This document shows positions 56,388-64,000 of a stretch of 64,000 bases of DNA, piece after piece. The position numbers and the translations under genes were made by a program. Position 1 is the stretch's first letter; each line of letters begins with the position of its first letter. The notes under the pieces were generated by a model. That model was not told the origin of the DNA, searched no databases, and saw nothing but the letters and a program-made list of their open reading frames with translations. Source of the DNA: a phage; the sequence record PV946933.1. The stretch is one strand, 5' to 3'.

Positions 56388-56564
56388 ATGCCAATGTATG
56401 ATTATAAATGCCAATCCGAAGATTGCGGGCATGAATATGAAAAAATTAAAAAGATTTCTGAACGAGAAAATGATGTTTGCCCTAAATGTCATCGTTTGTC
56501 TACTCGTCGGCCTTCTGCTCCTAAGCATGTGAATGGTGGATTTTACGACTTACTTAAAGAGTGA
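56388..56564 (+). CDS. FmdB-like zinc-ribbon protein (58 aa, not in track)
   Basis: CQSEDCGH-x19-CPKC. Confidence 0.4.
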   Translation: MPMYDYKCQSEDCGHEYEKIKKISERENDVCPKCHRLSTRRPSAPKHVNGGFYDLLKE

Positions 56565-56566
56565 TT

Positions 56567-56938
56567 ATGTTTAAAATTGGTAAGAAATATCGTGTTCGCG
56601 AAGGTGAAGAAAAGAAATATCTACTTTCTTCTATTTATAGGAATGGTTCTATTAATGCCGTAATATCTACAAGCGAATTTATCGTTGAAGATATGAAAGG
56701 CCATAATGTTACAATGATTAGTACAGCATCTGGAAATGATGGAAAAATTCTTCACAGTTTTCAGAGTAATGTTCTAATTTATGATGAAGAATTTGACTTC
56801 TTCGAAGAAGTTCCTGAAGATTTTGATTTTGAATGCACTATCACTATGAAATCTGGCGACCCTCTTTCTTTTACAGTTAAAGATGAAAGAAGTCGCTTGA
56901 GAATTATTAGTCTCCTTCAAGCCATTAAATTTGAGTGA
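56567..56938 (+). CDS. hypothetical protein (123 aa)
   Basis: ORF. Confidence 0.45.
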   Translation: MFKIGKKYRVREGEEKKYLLSSIYRNGSINAVISTSEFIVEDMKGHNVTMISTASGNDGKILHSFQSNVLIYDEEFDFFEEVPEDFDFECTITMKSGDPLSFTVKDERSRLRIISLLQAIKFE

Positions 56939-56942
56939 AATT

Positions 56943-57203
56943 ATGAAATATGTTAATCGTTCTATCGCGGCATTAGTATTAGCAGTATCTTTAGTAGGAT
57001 GTACTGATGCTGATAATGCAACCAAAGTTTTGTCTTCAAGCGGTTTTACTAATATTGAAATCACTGGATATAATTGGTTCGGTTGCTCTGAAAATGATTT
57101 CCAACATACTGGATTTCGTGCTATTGGACCTACCGGGCAGAAAGTAGAAGGAACAGTATGTTCTGGGCTGTTCTTTAAGGATTCAACTATCCGTTTTAAA
57201 TAA
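56943..57203 (+). CDS. small lipoprotein (86 aa)
   Basis: Signal peptide with lipobox LVGC. Confidence 0.5.
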   Translation: MKYVNRSIAALVLAVSLVGCTDADNATKVLSSSGFTNIEITGYNWFGCSENDFQHTGFRAIGPTGQKVEGTVCSGLFFKDSTIRFK

Positions 57204-57228
57204 AAGGCCTTCGGGCCTTTAGCTTTAT
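57204..57228 (+). terminator. intrinsic terminator
   Basis: AAGGCC-TTCG-GGCCTT then TAGCTTTA. Confidence 0.7.
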
Positions 57229-57245
57229 GATTACCGGAGTATAAT
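57221..57245 (+). promoter_or_regulatory. middle promoter candidate upstream of gene 39
   Basis: AGCTTTA box, 12-nt spacer, TATAAT; same architecture as 25428-25452. Confidence 0.45.
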
Positions 57246-57272
57246 ATTCCCGAAACCAAACGAGGATAAGTG

Positions 57273-59090
57273 ATGATTAAGAATGAAATTAAAATTCTGA
57301 GCGATATTGAACATATCAAAAAGCGTAGTGGCATGTATATTGGCTCTTCTGCTAATGAAATGCATGAGCGCTTTCTGTTTGGTAAATGGGAAAGTGTTCA
57401 GTATGTACCTGGTCTTGTTAAGCTTATTGATGAAATTATCGATAACTCAGTAGATGAAGGTATTCGTACTAAGTTTAAATTCGCAAATAAAATTAATGTT
57501 ACCATTAAAAATAATCAGGTAACAGTTGAAGATAACGGTCGTGGTATTCCACAAGCGATGGTTAAAACACCTACGGGTGAAGAAATTCCTGGTCCTGTTG
57601 CTGCCTGGACTATTCCAAAAGCAGGCGGTAACTTTGGTGATGATAAAGAACGCGTCACTGGCGGTATGAACGGTGTTGGTTCTAGTTTAACTAACATTTT
57701 TTCTGTGATGTTTGTCGGTGAAACTGGTGATGGCCAAAATAATATTGTAGTTCGTTGTTCAAACGGCATGGAAAATAAATCATGGGAAACTATTCCTGGA
57801 AAATGGAAAGGAACTCGTGTTACTTTCATTCCCGATTTTATGTCATTTGAAACTAATGAGCTGTCTCAAGTTTATCTTGACATTACACTGGACCGTCTCC
57901 AGACACTTGCAGTAGTTTATCCTGATATTCAATTTACCTTTAATGGTAAAAAGGTTCAGGGTAATTTTAAGAAATATGCACGTCAATATGATGAGCATGC
58001 TATCGTTCAAGAACAAGAAAACTGTTCTATTGCGGTCGGTCGTTCACCGGATGGTTTTCGTCAATTAACATACGTCAATAACATTCATACTAAGAATGGT
58101 GGCCATCACATTGACTGCGTTATGGATGATATTTGTGAAGACCTTATTCCACAAATCAAACGTAAGTTCAAAATTGATGTAACTAAAGCACGTGTTAAAG
58201 AATGTTTGACTATCGTTATGTTTGTTCGTGATATGAAAAACATGCGATTTGACTCTCAAACTAAAGAGCGTCTGACTTCTCCATTTGGTGAAATTCGTAG
58301 TCATATTCAGCTTGATGCCAAAAAGATTTCACGTGCTATTTTAAATAATGAAGCAATTTTAATGCCAATCATTGAAGCTGCCCTTGCTCGTAAATTGGCG
58401 GCAGAAAAAGCAGCAGAAACTAAAGCAGCTAAAAAGGCTTCTAAAGCTAAGGTTCATAAACATATTAAAGCGAATCTTTGTGGTAAAGATGCTGATACTA
58501 CTCTTTTCTTGACTGAGGGTGATTCTGCTATTGGATATCTTATTGATGTTCGTGATAAAGAACTTCATGGTGGTTATCCATTGCGTGGTAAAGTTCTCAA
58601 CAGTTGGGGTATGTCATATGCTGATATGCTTAAAAACAAAGAACTGTTTGATATTTGCGCAATCACTGGATTAGTTCTTGGTGAAAAAGCTGAAAACTTG
58701 AATTATCATAATATTGCTATTATGACTGATGCTGACCATGATGGTCTAGGAAGCATTTATCCTTCTCTGCTCGGATTTTTTAGTAATTGGCCAGAATTGT
58801 TTGAACAAGGAAGAATTCGCTTTGTCAAAACTCCTGTAATCATCGCTCAGGTCGGTAAAAAACAAGAATGGTTTTATACAGTCGCTGAATATGAGAGTGC
58901 TAAAGATGCTCTACCTAAACATAGCATCCGTTATATTAAGGGACTTGGCTCTTTGGAAAAATCTGAGTATCGTGAGATGATTCAAAATCCAGTATATGAT
59001 GTTGTTAAACTTCCTGAGAATTGGAAGGAGCTTTTTGAAATGCTCATGGGAGATAATGCTGACCTTCGTAAAGAATGGATGAGCCAATAG
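57273..59090 (+). CDS. 39: DNA topoisomerase II large subunit, unsplit (GyrB-like ATPase plus TOPRIM)
   Basis: 605 aa; GHKL ATPase motifs and TOPRIM region (LTEGDSA...DADHDG) in one continuous ORF. Confidence 0.9.
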   Translation: MIKNEIKILSDIEHIKKRSGMYIGSSANEMHERFLFGKWESVQYVPGLVKLIDEIIDNSVDEGIRTKFKFANKINVTIKNNQVTVEDNGRGIPQAMVKTPTGEEIPGPVAAWTIPKAGGNFGDDKERVTGGMNGVGSSLTNIFSVMFVGETGDGQNNIVVRCSNGMENKSWETIPGKWKGTRVTFIPDFMSFETNELSQVYLDITLDRLQTLAVVYPDIQFTFNGKKVQGNFKKYARQYDEHAIVQEQENCSIAVGRSPDGFRQLTYVNNIHTKNGGHHIDCVMDDICEDLIPQIKRKFKIDVTKARVKECLTIVMFVRDMKNMRFDSQTKERLTSPFGEIRSHIQLDAKKISRAILNNEAILMPIIEAALARKLAAEKAAETKAAKKASKAKVHKHIKANLCGKDADTTLFLTEGDSAIGYLIDVRDKELHGGYPLRGKVLNSWGMSYADMLKNKELFDICAITGLVLGEKAENLNYHNIAIMTDADHDGLGSIYPSLLGFFSNWPELFEQGRIRFVKTPVIIAQVGKKQEWFYTVAEYESAKDALPKHSIRYIKGLGSLEKSEYREMIQNPVYDVVKLPENWKELFEMLMGDNADLRKEWMSQ

Positions 59091-59119
59091 TTTACTTTAC
59101 CACAAGGATGTGGTATAAT
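59090..59119 (+). promoter_or_regulatory. T4-type early promoter
   Basis: GTTTACTTTACCACAAGGATGTGGTATAAT. Confidence 0.7.
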
Positions 59120-59144
59120 TAATTGGGCAAATGAGGATATTGAA

Positions 59145-59348
59145 ATGAAATCATATAAAGTAAATTTAGAACTTTTTGATAAAGCAGTTCACCGAGAATA
59201 TAGAATCATTCAACGCTTTTTCGATATGGGAGAAGCCGAAGAGTTTAAAAACCGCTTTAAGGATATTAGAGATAAAATTCAATCCGACACCGCAACTAAA
59301 GATGAACTACTAGAAGTTGCTGAAGTTATTAAACGCAATATGAATTAA
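59145..59348 (+). CDS. hypothetical small protein (67 aa)
   Basis: Early promoter 59090-59119. Confidence 0.45.
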   Translation: MKSYKVNLELFDKAVHREYRIIQRFFDMGEAEEFKNRFKDIRDKIQSDTATKDELLEVAEVIKRNMN

Positions 59349-59358
59349 TGAGGAAATT

Positions 59359-61536
59359 ATGATTATCACCACTGAAAAAGAAACAATTCTTGGTAATGGT
59401 TCTAAATCAAAAGCATTTAGCATCACAGCATCTCCTAAAGTATTTAAAATTCTATCATCTGATTTGTATACAAACAAGATTCGCGCAGTAGTCCGTGAAT
59501 TGATTACCAACATGATTGATGCCCATGCTCTTAATGGAAATCCTGAAAAATTTATCATTCAAGTTCCAGGACGATTAGACCCACGATTTGTTTGTCGAGA
59601 CTTTGGTCCAGGTATGAGTGATTTTGATATTCAAGGTGATGATAATTCTCCTGGGCTGTATAATTCATACTTTAGTTCATCTAAGGCTGAATCTAACGAT
59701 TTCATTGGTGGATTTGGTTTAGGTTCTAAATCTCCGTTTAGTTATACTGATACGTTTAGTATTACTTCGTACCATAAAGGTGAAATTCGCGGTTATGTAG
59801 CTTACATGGATGGTGACGGTCCGCAGATTAAACCTACATTCGTAAAAGAAATGGGTCCAAACGATAAAACTGGTATTGAAATCGTAGTTCCAGTTGAAGA
59901 AAAAGACTTTAGAAACTTTGCTTATGAAGTTTCTTATATCATGCGACCATTCAAAGATTTAGCTATCATTAACGGTCTTGACCGCGAAATTGATTATTTT
60001 CCGGATTTTGATGACTATTACGGTGTAAATCCAGAAAGATACTGGCCAGATCGTGGTGGATTGTATGCTATCTATGGCGGCATTGTTTATCCTATCGAAG
60101 GTGTTATTAGAGATCGTAACTGGTTAAGCATCCGCAATGAAGTGAATTATATTAAGTTTCCAATGGGTTCACTTGATATTGCTCCATCGCGTGAGGCTCT
60201 TTCACTAGATGATCGTACTCGTAAAAATATTATTGAGCGTGTTAAAGAGCTCAGTGAGAAGGCATTTAATGAAGATGTAAAACGATTTAAAGAATCTACA
60301 TCTCCTCGTCATACATACCGTGAATTGATGAAGATGGGGTATTCTGCTCGAGATTATATGATTAGTAATTCGGTCAAATTCACGACTAAAAATCTGTCAT
60401 ATAAGAAGATGCAGAGCATGTTTGAACCTGACAGTAAGTTATGCAATGCAGGGGTTGTGTATGAAGTAAATCTTTACCCTCGACTGAAACGCATTAAGCA
60501 AAGTCATGAAACTTCAGCCGTTGCGTCAAGCTATCGTTTGTTTGGTATTAACACAACAAAAATTAATATCGTCATTGATAATATTAAAAATCGTGTTAAT
60601 ATTATCCGTGGATTAGCACGTGCATTAGATGATAGTGAATTTAATAACACTTTAAATATTCATCACAATGAGCGTCTTCTGTTTATTAATCCGGAAGTAG
60701 AATCACAGATTGATTTACTCCCTGATATTATGGCAATGTTTGAAAGTGATGAAGTTAACATTCATTATTTGTCAGAAATTGAAGCTTTAGTTAAAAGTTA
60801 TATTCCAAAGGCAGTAAAAAGTACAGCTCCTCGTCCTAAAACTGCCACTGCATTTAAGTTTGAAATTAAAGACGGGCGCTGGGAAAAAGAGGAATTGTTT
60901 ACGCTCACATCAGAAGCAGATGAAATTACTGGTTATGTAGCATACATGCATCGTTCTGATATTTTCTCTATGGATGGTACTACATCGCTTTGTCATCCAT
61001 CTACGAATATTTTGATTCGTATGGCTAATCTTATTGGCATTAATGAATTTTATGTTATTCGTCCACTTTTACAGAAAAAGGTAAAAGAACTCGGTCAGTG
61101 TCAATGTATTTTTGAAACTCTGCGTGATTTATATGTAGATGCTTTTGATGATGTAGATTATGATAAGTATGTAGGTTATTCAAGTTCAGCTAAACGATAT
61201 ATTGATAAAATTATCAAGTATCCTGAGTTAGATTTTATGATGAAGTACTTCAGTGTAGATGAAGTTTCCGAAGAATATACTCGCCTTGGTAATATGGTTA
61301 GTTCATTGCAGGGTATATATTTCAACGGTGGAAAAGGTACCATCGGTCATGACATCTGGACAGTAACTAATCTTTTTGAAACACTATCATATAATGCTTC
61401 AAAAAACAGTGATAAAATGGTTGCTGAGTTTACCAAGAAATTCCGTATTGTTTCCGATTTCATCGGTTATCGCAACTCTTTAAGTGATGATGAAGTTTCC
61501 CAAATCGCTAAAACTATGAAGGCCCTTGCGGCCTAA
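59359..61536 (+). CDS. rIIA: rIIA
   Basis: 725 aa; GHKL-like ATPase N-terminus; length matches T4 rIIA. Confidence 0.88.
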   Translation: MIITTEKETILGNGSKSKAFSITASPKVFKILSSDLYTNKIRAVVRELITNMIDAHALNGNPEKFIIQVPGRLDPRFVCRDFGPGMSDFDIQGDDNSPGLYNSYFSSSKAESNDFIGGFGLGSKSPFSYTDTFSITSYHKGEIRGYVAYMDGDGPQIKPTFVKEMGPNDKTGIEIVVPVEEKDFRNFAYEVSYIMRPFKDLAIINGLDREIDYFPDFDDYYGVNPERYWPDRGGLYAIYGGIVYPIEGVIRDRNWLSIRNEVNYIKFPMGSLDIAPSREALSLDDRTRKNIIERVKELSEKAFNEDVKRFKESTSPRHTYRELMKMGYSARDYMISNSVKFTTKNLSYKKMQSMFEPDSKLCNAGVVYEVNLYPRLKRIKQSHETSAVASSYRLFGINTTKINIVIDNIKNRVNIIRGLARALDDSEFNNTLNIHHNERLLFINPEVESQIDLLPDIMAMFESDEVNIHYLSEIEALVKSYIPKAVKSTAPRPKTATAFKFEIKDGRWEKEELFTLTSEADEITGYVAYMHRSDIFSMDGTTSLCHPSTNILIRMANLIGINEFYVIRPLLQKKVKELGQCQCIFETLRDLYVDAFDDVDYDKYVGYSSSAKRYIDKIIKYPELDFMMKYFSVDEVSEEYTRLGNMVSSLQGIYFNGGKGTIGHDIWTVTNLFETLSYNASKNSDKMVAEFTKKFRIVSDFIGYRNSLSDDEVSQIAKTMKALAA

Positions 61537-61547
61537 TAAGGAAAATT

Positions 61548-62486
61548 ATGTACAATATTAAATGCCTGACCAAAAACGAACAAGCTGAAATTGTCAAACT
61601 GTATTCAAGCGGTAATTATACCCAACAGGAATTGGCTGATTGGCAAGGTGTATCGGTTGACACAATCCGTCGTGTTTTGAAAAATGCTGAAGAAGCTGAA
61701 CGCTCCAAAGTTACCATTAGCGGTGACATTACAGTTGAAGTTAAGAGTGATGTAGCTATTGCTCCAGTTGCTAAATCTGACATTATTTGGAATGCATCTA
61801 AAAAATTCATTTCAATTACTGTTGACGGTGTAACTTATAACGCAACTCCTAATACTCATTCAAACTTCCAAGAAATTCTTAATCTGCTTGTAGCGGATAA
61901 GTTGGAAGAAGCAGCGCAAAAAATTAACGTTCGTCGCGCTGTTGAAAAATATATTTCTGGTGATGTTCGAATTGAAGGTGGAAGCTTGTTCTATCAAAAC
62001 ATTGAATTGCGGTCTGGTTTAGTTGATCGTATTCTTGATTCGATGGAAAAAGGCGAAAACTTTGAATTTTATTTTCCGTTCTTGGAAAATCTGCTGGAAA
62101 ATCCAAGCCAAAAAGCGGTGTCTCGACTCTTTGATTTCTTGGTAGCAAACGATATTGAAATTACAGAAGACGGCTACTTCTATGCTTGGAAAGTAGTTCG
62201 TAGCAATTACTTTGACTGTCACTCAAATACCTTTGATAACAGTCCTGGTAAAGTAGTTAAAATGCCACGTACTCGTGTGAATGACGATGATACACAAACT
62301 TGTTCTCGTGGTCTGCATGTGTGTTCTAAATCTTATATTCGTCACTTTGGCAGTTCAACCAGCCGAGTTGTAAAAGTTAAAGTACATCCTCGCGATGTAG
62401 TATCAATTCCGATTGATTACAACGATGCTAAAATGCGTACCTGCCAATACGAAGTAGTTGAAGACGTTACTGAACAATTTAAATAA
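61548..62486 (+). CDS. rIIB: rIIB
   Basis: 312 aa directly after rIIA. Confidence 0.85.
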   Translation: MYNIKCLTKNEQAEIVKLYSSGNYTQQELADWQGVSVDTIRRVLKNAEEAERSKVTISGDITVEVKSDVAIAPVAKSDIIWNASKKFISITVDGVTYNATPNTHSNFQEILNLLVADKLEEAAQKINVRRAVEKYISGDVRIEGGSLFYQNIELRSGLVDRILDSMEKGENFEFYFPFLENLLENPSQKAVSRLFDFLVANDIEITEDGYFYAWKVVRSNYFDCHSNTFDNSPGKVVKMPRTRVNDDDTQTCSRGLHVCSKSYIRHFGSSTSRVVKVKVHPRDVVSIPIDYNDAKMRTCQYEVVEDVTEQFK

Positions 62487-62500
62487 GGGCTTCGGCCCTT
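62485..62500 (+). terminator. GC-rich UUCG hairpin without T-run (stability element or weak terminator)
   Basis: AAGGGC-TTCG-GCCCTT followed by AACTAAGG. Confidence 0.4.
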
Positions 62501-62514
62501 AACTAAGGAAAATT

Positions 62515-62709
62515 ATGTTAGGTTATCAAGCACGAGTAAAAGAAGAATACGATCAATTAATGCTCAAAATTAATGCGCTGAGCAAATTTTTAGAAAGCAC
62601 AAAGTTTATAACGATTAATGAAGTTGAGCAAGAATTACTGCTTTCACAATTCATCTCAATGAAATCTTACGCAGATTGTTTAGAGAAAAGAATTGCACAA
62701 TTCAAATAA
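62515..62709 (+). CDS. hypothetical small helical protein (64 aa)
   Basis: Flanked by hairpins 62485-62500 and 62713-62737. Confidence 0.45.
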   Translation: MLGYQARVKEEYDQLMLKINALSKFLESTKFITINEVEQELLLSQFISMKSYADCLEKRIAQFK

Positions 62710-62712
62710 AAT

Positions 62713-62737
62713 AAAGGGCTTCGGCCCTTTTGTTTTA
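62713..62737 (+). terminator. intrinsic terminator
   Basis: AAGGGC-TTCG-GCCCTT then TTGTTTT. Confidence 0.8.
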
Positions 62738-62795
62738 AGGGAAACTATGATTTATTATATTAACATCAGTGATTCCGACGTAAAAGGAAAGTTTA

Positions 62796-63353
62796 ATGCA
62801 GAAAACGAATCCGGGTTTACAGAGACTATTTCAGATTCCGACATTTACCCTATCGAACAATGACTTGACTAGTGAAATGAAGGTCAAAATTGCTGATACA
62901 GCAAGATATTCTTTAAAACAAAATCCTAATCAGGATAAAGCAGAAGTTATTGAAAGATGTCGTATCGCTGTGTACGCAGAGTTTTTTGTAGCAGATTGGC
63001 TAAGCGGGTATGTTAACAAAGGCCAAGAGGATGTTAATGACCCGTATACATACGCATGGGATGTATTGGCGCATCCAAAATACTGTGGGCTTCGTGTAGA
63101 AGTCAAAACACATCAAACTGACTCACGTTGGATTTCGGTAACAACCGGATGCAGCGGAGAGTATCCATACGGTTCTGGAATAAATCTAGGGCCCATTCTA
63201 AATCATCAAGTCGCTGACTGTATAATTATATTCAACACTAAAGAAATTCATCCAGGTGTCATCCAGTACACTCCGAAGTTCATCGGTGATAGAGAAGACC
63301 TTCGTAAGGTTGTAAGAAAAAGCAACTACAACGGATGGTATCTTTCCATTTAA
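62796..63353 (+). CDS. endonuclease IV (DenB)-like protein, 185 aa
   Basis: Length and position next to rIIB match T4 denB; sequence not verified. Confidence 0.5.
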   Translation: MQKTNPGLQRLFQIPTFTLSNNDLTSEMKVKIADTARYSLKQNPNQDKAEVIERCRIAVYAEFFVADWLSGYVNKGQEDVNDPYTYAWDVLAHPKYCGLRVEVKTHQTDSRWISVTTGCSGEYPYGSGINLGPILNHQVADCIIIFNTKEIHPGVIQYTPKFIGDREDLRKVVRKSNYNGWYLSI

Positions 63354-63436
63354 AAATTTTCACAAAACGGTTTACATACCACAAGGACTGTGGTACTATA
63401 CAACTATCAACTGATACGGATTTGGAGAATAAAATG
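63352..63436 (+). repeat. PeSL-like promoter-leader cassette, copy 3
   Basis: Same as copies 1 and 2. Confidence 0.8.
63370..63399 (+). promoter_or_regulatory. T4-type early promoter (in PeSL copy 3)
   Basis: GTTTAC-N18-TACTAT. Confidence 0.7.
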
Positions 63437-63640
63437 TTTACTACAGCTGAATTAAAACGAGCAAAAGCTAAGAAAGGGAAAGGAAAATATAAAGCTGAAT
63501 TAGTTAAAGAACTTCAGTTTGCTGAGGCTGAATTGAATTCAATGATTATTCAAAATGCTCCAGAAACTGAAATTGCTCTTAAACGTATTGCGAATAAGTG
63601 TCTTCGTGATGCAATTGTCGATCTTTTAGCGGATTATTGA
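63434..63640 (+). CDS. hypothetical small basic protein (68 aa) driven by PeSL-like cassette
   Basis: Conserved leader; track start 63335 runs through the promoter. Confidence 0.5.
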   Translation: MFTTAELKRAKAKKGKGKYKAELVKELQFAEAELNSMIIQNAPETEIALKRIANKCLRDAIVDLLADY

Positions 63641-63909
63641 GTAAAATGAAATTTAAATTTTATTACGCTAAACATAAAATAACTGATGAGTTTGTGTCAG
63701 TTGAATATTCTAGCGATGATGAAGGAATGATTTATACTCGCTTGGGACTATCGCACTGGGAGTCTGACACGCCTTATTTTTCAACTCCCGAAGAAATTAC
63801 ACGCTTAGTTAATGGTCATATGAATGACCACTGGAATGTAATTCTTTCAGATAGTCTTAAAGCGGCTATTAATAGTAATGAAATGAAAATCGCTGAGATT
63901 GAACTATGA
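63637..63909 (+). CDS. hypothetical protein (90 aa)
   Basis: ORF. Confidence 0.4.
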   Translation: MSKMKFKFYYAKHKITDEFVSVEYSSDDEGMIYTRLGLSHWESDTPYFSTPEEITRLVNGHMNDHWNVILSDSLKAAINSNEMKIAEIEL

Positions 63910-64000
63910 GTTCATTGTGGTGGTGTTTTATTTGGTTAATTAGTATTCCATTAATTTGTTTAACATTTACTTTTGTGATGAGGTTATTATGAAAATTTTG

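Overview
This window reads as a near-contiguous stretch of a T4-like (T-even, Tevenvirinae) coliphage genome, covering the early/middle gene region in the orientation opposite to the standard T4 map. Almost every gene is on the + strand. Recognisable genes, in order: tk, rI, nrdC, 49 (endonuclease VII), nrdD, nrdG, 55, alpha-gt, 47, 46, rpbA, 45, 44, 62, regA, 43, imm, 42, uvsX, 40, 41, dmd, sp, 61, dam, 56, soc, modB, modA, dda, dexA, 39, rIIA, rIIB and a denB-like gene. Identifications rest on protein motifs, lengths, gene order and my recall of T4 proteins; no database search was possible. Three features point to a T2/T6-type rather than T4 itself: gene 39 is one unsplit 605-aa ORF, nrdD has no intron, and a GT-A fold glycosyltransferase sits where T4 has beta-gt. 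The sequence is AT-rich and densely punctuated by T4-type early promoters (GTTTAC-N18-TATAAT), MotA-box middle promoters and GC-rich UUCG-tetraloop terminators. I found no tRNA genes, CRISPR arrays, integrases or introns. The most interesting material is in the hyperplastic tk-to-nrdC interval (about 4.0-15.5 kb): a tandem array of four divergent paralogs with coiled-coil tails, a nucleotidyltransferase-fold protein beside a membrane protein, and an AAA+ ATPase cassette bracketed by repeated promoter-leader elements. Other candidates include a macrodomain protein, a GrcA-like gene with host-like codon usage in its 3' half, and a PD-(D/E)xK-like ORF next to dam. None of these can be called novel without a comparison to T4/T2/T6/RB genomes.
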